DNA of 64,000 bases from Utricularia gibba (taxonomy: Eukaryota; Plantae; Magnoliophyta). The position numbers were made by a program, and so were the translations under genes. The notes beneath the pieces are model-generated. The model was not told where the DNA came from and ran no database searches. It saw only the letters and a list, made by a program, of their open reading frames with translations. The stretch covers positions 3,534,001 to 3,598,000 of the forward strand of contig CM007990.1 in NCBI GenBank assembly GCA_002189035.1, written 5' to 3'. Positions 26,701 through 37,489 of this stretch are shown here, piece after piece. Each line of letters opens with the position of its first letter. Position 1 is the first letter of the stretch.

Positions 26701-27519
26701 TGTCTCTCTCATATATTGATGCTCGAGTATCTCACGTCTTTTTTGGGGTGATGCAGTTTATAATAAGGTCATATGTGTCGTCGGTTACAACTCTACCAAG
26801 TATAGCTTGGGCTTGATTAGCTTTTTCATCCCAAGTAGCCTTTTCTTCATCTATTTTTCATGCATAGTTTGCTGAAACAACATTTCACAATTTGCAAGCA
26901 CATAAGTAGTAAGTCATTTTTTCACCCAATGTTCATACTCATTGCCTGTGAAGATTGTAGCATGTTGGTTAAAATTTGAAGCCATCAGATCATTCATAGA
27001 TGGTGAATGCTTTGAAGTTTATGAGTAGAAGGTTTTGTAGGAAAAACGAATTCACATCGGGTTCAATATGTAGGAGTTTCAAAGGAAGCAAAATAACTTA
27101 TAGGATGTTAGAGAATTTTGAGGATATTGAAACATTGTAGAACTCTTTGATTTATAATAGCTAAAGAGCCAATTTTACTAATTACAAGATGTAAAACTAG
27201 TTGTTACAACGTCTTCTTGTTTACCGTTAATTCTCCACATGTATTTGCAACTTTGCATCTAGAACTTGGGTTTGTCTGAGTGAGCTGCATAATTGGTTGG
27301 ATGACTTGTAGGATTATTGTCCAACCTTCTTGCAACTTACCGTCCCAAGTATAATGAGCCAAAGGCATTTATTATCAGCTGTCCAAATTCCTCCATGCAA
27401 AGAGCTCATTGATACACACTCCCCCTTTTCTTGCATGGTCATTGAATGTATCTGCAAGTTATCAGTTTGATATTCCGTAATCCTTGACTGGTTCTTCACT
27501 CCATTATCACTTGCCAACA
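23745..27519 (-). mobile_element. 3'-truncated, decayed copia related to the 4491-9798 element
   Basis: 5' LTR 27069-27519 whose ends resemble the first element's LTR, degenerate tRNA-Trp PBS (27049-27068), gag zinc knuckle CKQKGHLPSQC, protease (25646-25834), integrase and RT N-terminus (LKWIFKVKYN...GVDYLETFAPIARLD, about 23790-24100). Stops inside RT, with no 3' LTR. Confidence 0.85.
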
Positions 27520-28985
27520 GAGGCATCGTCCAAGGTTGGCATGATGTTACTTATTGCCGATTGATCTCTGGGTATGTTTCACTAGCCCTAGTTTTGCTCA
27601 AAGCCAATTGGGTAATTCAGATATCTTTTATATTTCTTTGGTTTTAGCCTTAGTGTCTCCGGTGTGTTATGTGGATGCCTCAGGTTGCACATGTGGAGAT
27701 GGTGGGTCTGTGGCTTGCGCAAGTGGAGTCGAAGCTTGCATTTTGTTAAGATATTAGCTTGCATTATTCTTCCATGGACAATTTTTCCATGACCCTTCAT
27801 TGTAATCTCCAATGGTATTAGTAGTGAGGAGAGAAATCTCTTCATTTTTGGATGACAAAAAGCAAACCATAGATTTTTCTTCATCAAGTTTGGGGTTAGT
27901 TGGAAAGATCTATCAGAATGTGCAATGCATCTATATTTGATCTTACCTCTTCATGAAACCTTTTCAAACATTAAATATTTTCTTGAAAACATATGATCCA
28001 TGGTATCTTTATTTGAGTTTTCTTGGAAGCAAACAAAAACAAAAGTTAAATAACAAAACTTCATCACCTTGTGTTAGGTCCTTGTACAATTGATTCTCAT
28101 GCCAAGCCTTTGTTTGTTTCTTGTATAACTTGACATTTTGATTCGTGTTCATCCTTAACTCGTTCAGCTTCTGAAGTTACAAGATTCTTTGTTCCTCAAT
28201 TGCCTTGGTGCCCAAATTAATTTCTTGATCATCTAGTAAGCCTTGTGTTCCAATTTTACTAGCAAATGACGGGATTTTCGATAAAGTAAATAATAAGAGG
28301 TGGTTACTAATAATATCCTATATGCAGTGCAATAAGTTCATTAAGAATCTGTTAATTTTATTGCCCAATCCTTGTGGGTTTTGGCCACTGTATGCTCCAA
28401 AATCATCTTTAATTTCCTATGAGTTAACTCCATTTGACCCTAGGTTTGTGAGTGATATGGAATTGATGATATATGTCTACTCCATATTTGTGCAAGAGCT
28501 TTTGGAACTTTCTCTCAATAAAATATTTTCCATCATCATTTATGATGTATTTGGGCACACCAAATCTGAGTAGAATAATCTGTTTAAAAAGCTTAATTAT
28601 AGCTTTTCCATCAGTTATTGGAACTGCAATAGCATCTACCTACTTTCAAACATAATTCATGACCATAAGAATTTAGGTATTGTAATAAGAAGAAGGAAAA
28701 TGTTCCTTAAACTGTAGACTCCAAACATCAAATATTTCCACTTCTAGAATATAGGTCATAGGTGCTTCATCTCTTTTGGAAATAGAACCCGTATAATTGC
28801 ATGGCTTGCATGCTGGAGTGAATGACCTTAATTATCATTCATGGTAGGCCAACAAAATGTAGATTGAAGAATTTTGAACAATGTGTTTGATGGTGTTGCA
28901 TGTCTTCCATATGGTGACGAATGACAATGCTAAATAACATCTCTTGCCTCCTCTGGGTAGACATCTTTTGATAATTCTAAGCCAC
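27520..28985 (-). mobile_element. Athila-like gypsy integrase and downstream region
   Basis: Broken translation IIKRC..EARDV..HCHSSPYG..KILQSTFCWPTM..ILEVEIFDVW..FPSSY..VDAIAVP, and C-terminal QKLNELRMN..NVKLYKKQTKAWH. Confidence 0.8.
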
Positions 28986-29466
28986 CGGAGTAGTGTTTTC
29001 CTCTATGCCCATCATCTGCATGATCGACGGGAACTCTTCAAGAGAAGATATCAGGTGGGTGTGCACATTCCACCGCTTCTAACTCTTTCTCTTCCTCCTC
29101 TCTCCGTCGTGCGGATCATTTTCTTCTCTTTTGGGTGTTATTGTTGGAGCTCTCACCCACCTCCATGTCGGCATTGCACGGCACCGATCCTTCGCTCCGT
29201 CCAATGTCCCTAGGGTTGACTTCTGTCTCCGCTAGCTCAGAAGAAGGAACTATGCGCATTCCGAAGAGCCAAATACCCACCATTGCTTTTCAGGAGTTTG
29301 CAAAGAGAATTTTGATGTGCTGCAAAAGCAATACATTAGGTATTACTCCTTATATAAACAAGGAGAATGCAATCTACACTCCATATCCTGAAAATATACT
29401 ATATTCATATTTACATGTACTCAAGGAAACATTTTGGAAAAATATATGGATTTCGTCATTCTAACA
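28985..29466 (-). mobile_element. Possible copia-type LTR fragment interrupting the Athila remnant
   Basis: The minus strand starts TGTTAGAATG and has a TATATAAGG box. No PBS, partner LTR or TSD found. Confidence 0.3.
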
Positions 29467-29775
29467 AACTCATGTCATGATTTCTCAAGATTTGGTAAAT
29501 AAATCATTTTTAGAAAAATAAAAACCCCTAATATTAACAAACTTGTATGATGGTTACAAACTGAATAATTTCAAGACGCTTGATTTTAGGGGATGCTTCG
29601 AGGAAGTGCTTTTGCTAGTTTCATATTAAAACATCCGGGTTAGGGTTAGTTTGATAGAATATCAACGAATATTTCATATTAAAACACCATTTAAAAAACA
29701 TAGGTTCCTCTCATAAATAATATTTTGCTTGTGCAAGGAAGTGCTTTTGCTAGTTGAAGTTTAAATTTTGGTGCA

Positions 29776-31000
29776 TGATATCTTCATAAATGGGAATTCA
29801 CATGTCTTTGCTAAAATGTCATTTTCCATATCAAATATATTTATAAAATCAATTCAAAATCATTTTGAAAATAAAGTGTAGAATGGTAGAACCAGGGTCG
29901 ATCACAAGGAGTTCGTAGTTTTAATGTGTTTTTGTAATGCAAAATTTCAGAATAATTCTACTCATAGTTTTAGGTAAAACTAACAATGAAATGTAAGTTC
30001 AACAATTGAAATTAGATCGCAACACAGAAGGTAACAATGTTGTTTTTTTTCACAAAATAACACTAGGATACTTCAAGCTAGATTAGGAGATGTGATACTC
30101 AAATTTTCTAATTTAATTTATGATTTTCTACATGCATAACTTGGAATAATCTAAGTCTACCCATATTATTTTTCATATTTTTGGTTAAGTTAGTCTCTAA
30201 TGTTCTTATCCATTTCATATTTGGATCTACCCACATGAGGAATACGTAAAACTATGTGTATCCGGTTCTACTACATCTATCTAAAACTATCACTTAATAT
30301 ACACATATCAATTCATTGATCCATCTTTGAATCAAGCGTTTGAACCATCAATTAGTACTAGTCTCTCCTCCCCTTAGATCTTCTCGAGAAATGTGAGAAA
30401 TGAACAATCAATGAATCCAATTATTGATTATTTAGTAAATTCTAAACCATATCACATTTACAAACATTAATGCATCTCTAAAAACATGAAATTTGTGTGT
30501 TATCACATCTCCACTGAAAAAAATTACAATATCAACATATTAAGGCAAAATTCTCTTAAATAGCAAGAATATATTATGTGGAGAAAGAATCATCAACTGC
30601 TAACTCTCCCATACTCGTTTCAATCTAGAGGCATGACAAATGATCCGCTTCTCGATTCATACTTGTTCGAAAGGTATTTAAAGCTAAATGATTAATGTGA
30701 ACAATTACCTTCTCACCCAATAAGTAAGATTTGAATTTTTCAATGGAAAAAACAATTGCCAACAACTATTTTTATGTTGTTGAATAGTTTCATTAGGTTG
30801 CATTGAAAGTTTTACAAGCATAATAAATTATATGAATTACTTTGTCTTTTTTCTATAAGAACATCACCCATTACACAATCACTAGTATTGTACATTAGGT
30901 CTAATAACAATACTCAATCTGGTGGTTGAAGAATGGATACAATCACAAAAGCCTGCTTTAGTATATTGAAGGCATGCATACATTCTATACTAAAACAGAA
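29776..31000 (-). mobile_element. Athila-like LTR remnant
   Basis: Contains agggtcgatcacaaggag (about 29894), similar to gggtcgaacacaaggag in the solo LTR at about 710. Boundaries approximate. Confidence 0.4.
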
Positions 31001-31039
31001 TTCTGTATTTTGTGCGAGTAGCACTCTTTATGGTCTAAA

Positions 31040-32260
31040 AATAAAAAAAATTAAAATAAATCTCCTATAAAATCTTGCATGATTCAAGAAAATTCTAACC
31101 CATGAAATTGCGAATTTTTAGGAAAAACTTTTGTAAGGAATTTATGCACTTGGAAAACCCATAATTAGGGGAAAAACTCATAATCAGAACCAATAATAGT
31201 TCCAATTTAAAAGAATCAGAACCAACAACTTCGATTTACGAGAATCAAAACCCAAAATCAAAAGCAGTAGCAACTCTACTTTACGAGATATGATCAATTA
31301 GTTCATCGAAATACAAGATTGAATCAAAGAGCGATGGAGTAGATCCAACAATTAAATGAGTTAGTGGTTGAACAAATTAAAAATATAAATATCGATTACT
31401 CAAACAAATTAAGCAAGTGAGAAAAAATTTTCAGACCAAATGACAAAGGTGAATGAGCATTTGGAGCAGCCCGATATAACTACTTGCATCTTAGATAGTC
31501 GGATGAATAATATTGCTCAATGTTATCAAATTTCAAGGCTTCCAAGTCAACCCTAGAAAAACTCTACTGAATGCAAAGTTGTGGCAATCAGAAGTAGATT
31601 AGGGATGATAACTACAACAATAGTGGTACTAGTGTGATAAGATGAGTTGTTGGATGTTCTAGTATATATATTTACTTACTACTTATAATCCTTCAATACC
31701 TTATTCCCAAAGATAGATAAAATCATCAGTAGATCAACAATATTTTATGTTTTAAAAGATACTGAAAATCCTTCATGTTAATATCTCATTTACAAATGTG
31801 ATGCTCTAAATGCCACTTTTGCAAGATATTTTCAATCTATTGAAGGAAGATTGAAAATGATGCTCCAATACAACATGGTTCTAAAACATGTGTTGATTCA
31901 AAAACATATAGGTCCTAGAATTTTACAATCCCTTGAGTAATTGGAAGGAACAATTTTGAGAAGCACTAAATCTTGAGGAGCTTCAAGTCATGAAAACTTA
32001 ATTGGTTTTTATTGATAAATCCATGAAGAATCCTCAAAGAGTGGTAGAAAATATACTCGTAAGAATTAGCACATATTATATGCCTTATGATTTTGTTGTT
32101 TATGATATGACGATTGATGTGAATGTGTCAGTCATCTTTGGAAGATCTTTTATGACAACCACAAGAGCAATAATCAATGTAATAGCAAGAAAATAAACAT
32201 TTAGATTCAAAGAGTAAGAATTAGAGTTTAATGTTAATCCAACTTTATTGACTGTGACTA
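31040..32260 (+). mobile_element. Athila-like gag C-terminus and aspartic protease remnant
   Basis: NQ-rich gag stretch, RLPSQP..ECKVVAIRS, and protease C-terminus FVVYDM...VIFGRSFMTTTRAIINV (32002-32196). Confidence 0.7.
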
Positions 32261-32665
32261 GCTTATACTAGGGCAAACAAAAAATGTGGTTACATAGGAG
32301 TATTCACAATTAGTTTTCCCACTTGAGATTCAGAAGATAAATTACATGAAAGAAGAAAAATAGACATTCCAAATGACACACCGATAATGGCCCAATTAAG
32401 GAGTTCGATGTTGCAAGAAAAATTAAATTGAAGAAGTTACCATCATCATTAAGGAATTTCTTAATGATGATCACACTTATCCCATTATTGTCAATATAAG
32501 ATTGAACAAAAAATGCACTCACAAGTTGTTGCACATCTTGTGCAAGCATCGACATACCATGTGGTATCATTGTTATTACATGAAAGGATTGGGCCCTCAA
32601 TTCTAAACTCATCAGGTTCACTTGAAAATAGAGGAGAATGCTTCTACTTTCAGTGTATCTGATTC

Positions 32666-32797
32666 TTATTCGACCCAGGTACGAATATGTTTGACATTGC
32701 GGCGAAATATGGCAGCCGATTGTTTCATGTCACTCCTCAACAATAGCACATAAGCAGTCACCCCAGCAACAGTCAGTATTAAATTGGCCAATGCCAT
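32666..32797 (-). pseudogene. Small conserved plant single-pass membrane protein, 43 codons with apparent premature stop
   Basis: MALANLILTVAGVTAYVLLLRSDMKQSAAIFRRNVKHIRTWVE*, with a splice acceptor (gtgcag) 4 nt upstream of the ATG. Resembles a recalled unnamed plant family that continues WLEEES. Here it reads WVE-TAA-ES, and the last exon appears lost to TE sequence. Confidence 0.7.
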
Positions 32798-33490
32798 TTC
32801 TCTGCACATCAAGCGAATTAACAGTCACTATAAAGTATAAACCCATAGCAACCGAATCATCCAGTAAGAACAAGCGAAAGCATTACGACCTGCAATTCAT
32901 AAATAACGCAACTTATCACCTTGAAAAAATATATACTGATGAGCATCCTCACTTTCAATCCCCATGGCGTACTCTTGCGGATATACATAATACAACAAAA
33001 AATTTGAAAGAAAGGTTTAATCCCACATAGACATTGATAGAAACAAAACTTTACGCTGAACAAAAGACATCTTTCGACAGTATCAACCATCTCCAAATTC
33101 ATTCCAAGGAGAAGGGCAACCGGGGATAGTGATATGGCAGCATATTTATCCGCAGCTCCATGCACGCCCACACACCATTGGATCCAACATAGTGAATAAC
33201 GGGCGATCGAGCCATAGGAAATGAGCAACCCAGCCCAAAGAGCAGATAAATTACCTTGTATATGACACAGAGAACAACTGATCAGGAAATCCGTAGCTGA
33301 AGTGGAGTTGAGGATGGCGACACTTTTGGGCAGTCTAAATGGGTAGTATTCCACTGATCATACTAAAAAAAGAAGAGGCTTGCTTGCTGTCTGGCATTTA
33401 CACAGTTGCAGTGTACGTAGGTTACAGTTTTACAAGAAATCTCTGATGGAGAAACCAAGCAAGCACACATGTTACAGCATATGACATTCA

Positions 33491-35877
33491 TCACTGCAGG
33501 GGCAGGGACAATCCACCATCTTTAAGCATACGTGCAGGCACACCATCATCATTCAAAAGTCTTCTTGTTTCCTTACCAAGAAAGGACTCAATGTCATACC
33601 CGGCGGATCTCATTCTGTTGACAAGCTCAAGAGCCTTAGTCGCTTCGCCTCTCAAATAAAGAAGCTTGAGTAAGAAATCACACTCGTCACCCAGAGCGTA
33701 GCCTTCCCGCATCATGTAGACAGCAACATCAATAGCATCCTCAGTTTTTTCTCTATAGCCAAGACAATAAATCAATTTCACACATCCCGCAGGAGAAACA
33801 GGAATCTTGAACTCTTCAAAAGTGGAAAATACCTTAATGGCCCCCTCTACCATGTATGTATCGCATAAGCAAGCTAAGAAAATGTTACAAGGGGCTGGAT
33901 GGAAATCCGAAGAACCCATGCTAATTTCAAGCAAGCTTCGAAAAGCCTTCTCCATATCACCTTTCCTGAAACATTCCTCTATCAATCCTAGGGACTCATT
34001 CTCATAGCGAGGTAGAGTTATTACATACCTTAACCAATAATCAAAAACAGCAGACAAATTCTTCCTTTTGGATGCCCATGTCATAAATGTCACATACACA
34101 TCTAACTTAGGTTTGTATCCACCTTCTAACATCTGCTCAAGGAGTTTATGAGCATCACGTTCTCTATTCATCATTAGAAGACCATTAATGAGGGTCGCAT
34201 ATGTCACCGAGTCTGGTACAAAACTCTTGTGCTGGAGAAAATTCAAGAACTTAAGGGAACGGTTAACCATACCAGCCTTGCACATACCATGTAGCAAAAT
34301 GTTGTATGTTCTAGTGTCTGGGGCAACCCAGCTCGAAAGCTTCATGATTTCCTTGTAAGCCTTCATAATTCTCCAGAAAAGACCATTTCCTCTATCTTAT
34401 TTTGTAGACTAGAAGCATCAAGCACTGGTTCAGAGCCTTGAGATAGCCGGAGATAAACTGATGGGGCAATCTCCATCTTGAGCAAAGTTTTGTGAGCTTT
34501 TTCCAGCTTACCAGCCTTGCAAAACCCATCTATCAGGGCATTAAACGTCACAACGGATGGTGGACACCCAAGCTTTTCCATGTCATTGAAAATCTGCAGA
34601 GCCTCGTCCAATAGGCCATTCCTGCATAAACCACACATAAGAATAGTGTAGGTGAATGTGTTGGGGAACTCATTATGCCGTGAAATCTCAAGTTTAAGAG
34701 ATTTAGCTGCATCCAAATGCCCACTATCACATAAACCCTTGATTATAGTGTTGTAGCAGTGTGTATCAGGTGTAACACCTTTTGCATTCATATCATTGAA
34801 CATCTTCATTGCATCTTTTATCCTCCCTGCATTACATAATCCGCGCATCATAATTGTGTACAATATGAGATCAGGTTGAAAGCCCAAATCAATAACCCTC
34901 GCGAAGTATTCTTCTGCCTCATTAATTCTCTTTACTCTAATTAAGCCATCGATCAAGGAGCTAAAACTACGTAGGCTCACATAATGAAAATGTGTCTTCA
35001 TAATCTTCATGAGAAAAATTGCCCTATCAATCTTACCACACTTACAGAACCCATCAAGCAAAGCATTGAATGCAGCCAAATCAGGTGTACAACCGTCAAG
35101 ATGCATCGTCTTAAACATCCTATATGCTGCGAGTGGCTTATTTCCCTTGCACAAGCCTGAAATAATCACTGTATACGTCACAACATCTGGAGATATTCCT
35201 TTCACTGTCATTTCACTGAACAGAGTGAAAGCATCCTCAATCCTTTCACACTGCAACAAAGCATCAAGTAAAACATCATACGTTCTACGGTTCAGGTTAG
35301 TACTTGACTTAAGCATTAAATTGTACACCGCCAATGCCAGTGTAGGTAAGTGATTCCTAACCAAAACAGTCAACAACACATTGTAAGCTTCTACATTAGG
35401 TTTACAATCGTAATCCTTCATCCTACCGAAGGTCTCAACCACCTTTTCTACTTTCTCCAACCTCCGATAGCCTAACATCAACACCAAAAATGCATCCACA
35501 GGAACTGGCAACTTCTTATCTTTGAACTCATCAAGAACATTCCAATACAAATCAAAAGGATTCGAATTCCCATCTTCCAATAGCATGTCAACTGTCATAC
35601 CACATGAAAACCTACTTTGAAACTGAGCATTACCAGAAGTCCAAATGAAAAATCTAAAGAAAACTCTTCGATCAGTAGTGAATTGAGACAAGGACCGAAG
35701 AACTGAAAATACGATTTTACGATTAAGAAATGGTGTGACCTTAATAAGTCTAGGCCCAACTATACGCTCATCTCTTAGCATGGATAGAACCAAATTCGTC
35801 GACTTCAGTGTGGCGACTGTTACATCAGAGATGCTTTGAGGCTTGATGCAACGAAGTTTCTCCATCATGTTGCACAT
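33491..35877 (-). CDS. P-class PPR protein (At1g79540-like), reading frame split by a 1-bp deletion at about 34363-34366
   Basis: Two ORFs overlap as ATGA and together form one continuous PPR array with At1g79540-like motifs (FRFFIW, DLYW..L.E, FGRMKDYDCKPNV, PSVVTFNALIDGFCKAGKLEKA). The first in-frame ATG is at 35877, since the track start at 35904 is a TTG. May be a pseudogene or an assembly error. Confidence 0.9.
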
Positions 35878-37489
35878 CAATTTGTGTGCATAACCGGTTG
35901 TCAAAACGCCAAAGCATTAATCCACCGGGGAGAGCCTGGCCCTGCAAAATCAGATGATGATGAACAAGCAACTTTTTGAGAATGAAGCATCATCCCGTAA
36001 AAAAAACCATGATTAGCTGCAAAACCCACTATCAGCTGACCCCCAATCTCATCCCAAGGAGACGTGCAACCCTCATTGTTGAATGTTGCAACAAATTTAT
36101 CCCATTTCCAACACAGACACACCAGTGCAAATGCAATCAAGGCTTAAAGAAACTAAGATAGAAATATGCACATCGCAAACCACTGCAATGAAGACACATA
36201 TAAGTGAAATCCAGAAAAATTGCAGCAAAGAACGACACAAAACATTACCCGACCGGCAGAAAATTGCGATTGTGTTTTGTCTCTTCACTCTCCACATCGA
36301 CGCGGAAAAATACGACCCCAGCGTTGAGGACCTGGCGTTGGCCAGCGGCATCCGGCGACCGCACTCCGAATCCGATCAGCCGAGAAGAACTTGGGAAGGA
36401 TAAAGTTAAAAATTATAGTGTGTGTTTAATTGGTAAAAGTGTACTTAAAACACCCCCAAATCATGGTTTCTTTTTTAAATGGTCACACTTCATAAGCATC
36501 TTAAACATTATTGAAACAGGTATAAGGATATTTCAAAAGCAATTGGAGCGCTTCAAAATTTTTGTTTTTTTTTTCAATCATTTTTTTAAAAATAAAGTAT
36601 TTTTTAGCCTATAGTAAGAGTTGTGAGGGCAAATTGAAATTATAATAAAAGAGAAATTATTCAATTAAATCATTTTTACTAAACATAATTTAATTAAAAA
36701 ATTTATAATTTTTCAAATAATTTGTTCCAAAAAAAGCATTTTTTTGAAACAATTTTAATGAATTGATGTTTTGTTCTATTTCTGAAGATTCATTTTTTGA
36801 GAAATATTTCTAAAAAAAAGTTTTAAGATTTTTGTTATTCTTTTGGAAGAGAAATAAATAATATTTAATCACAAAGTTGATTGTAATCTTTTTCTAACAA
36901 TTCGTAGTAAAGAATAAATCGAATCTATTTAAGGTTTGTTTCATAATTTTGAATATATTCTTCAAATTATATAAAATAGAATCAATTTTAAAATTATGTA
37001 ATTAAAATTAATTTGAAATTATAAAACGATTTTATAGAATTTAATAAAATAAAAAATATTTGAAAAATGTTTTATATGAATATTTTTTAGAATAAATAAA
37101 AATTAAATATTATAATTTTTGTAAATTTTTTATTTATTTTCTGAAAAAAATTAAGAAATTTATTAATTTATAAAGTAAATTACAAAATATGATTTTACTA
37201 TAAAATAATTAAAGACTATAGCCGAAAATTAAAAAGAATTCCCTCAAATAATTAATAAAATAGAACAAGTCATTAATGAATAGTCCACGCCATTGCCGTG
37301 AACAATTCGGAAAATGGGAACGATGCAGCATGAAAAGTATCACCTTTCTATTGTTGCAATATAATAATAACCATTAACCAATGAGGTCTTCCAGTTCCAT
37401 TTAAAGCACCTATATAGAATCGAAGTCGAGAAACCTGCGTCATCTCCCTGGCCTCCAGAAACAATATGCGCCAGTTCTTGGCAGAAGCA

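Noticed and set aside
27418-27432. Polypurine-tract-like ctcccccttttc suggesting a shared LTR in a tandem element
   Set aside because: Alignment with the first copia LTR places the LTR end at 27519, so the tract is LTR-internal.
32857-33354. 165-aa ORF downstream of the PPR
   Set aside because: GTG start, no recognisable homology, and it spans a clear donor site (33254). Better explained as UTR exon plus intron.
36625-37243. Possible MULE-MITE between the divergent PPR and IDE promoters
   Set aside because: Ends gaggg.../...ccctc and weak inverted similarity, but in such AT-rich DNA I cannot separate it from chance, and no TSD was found.
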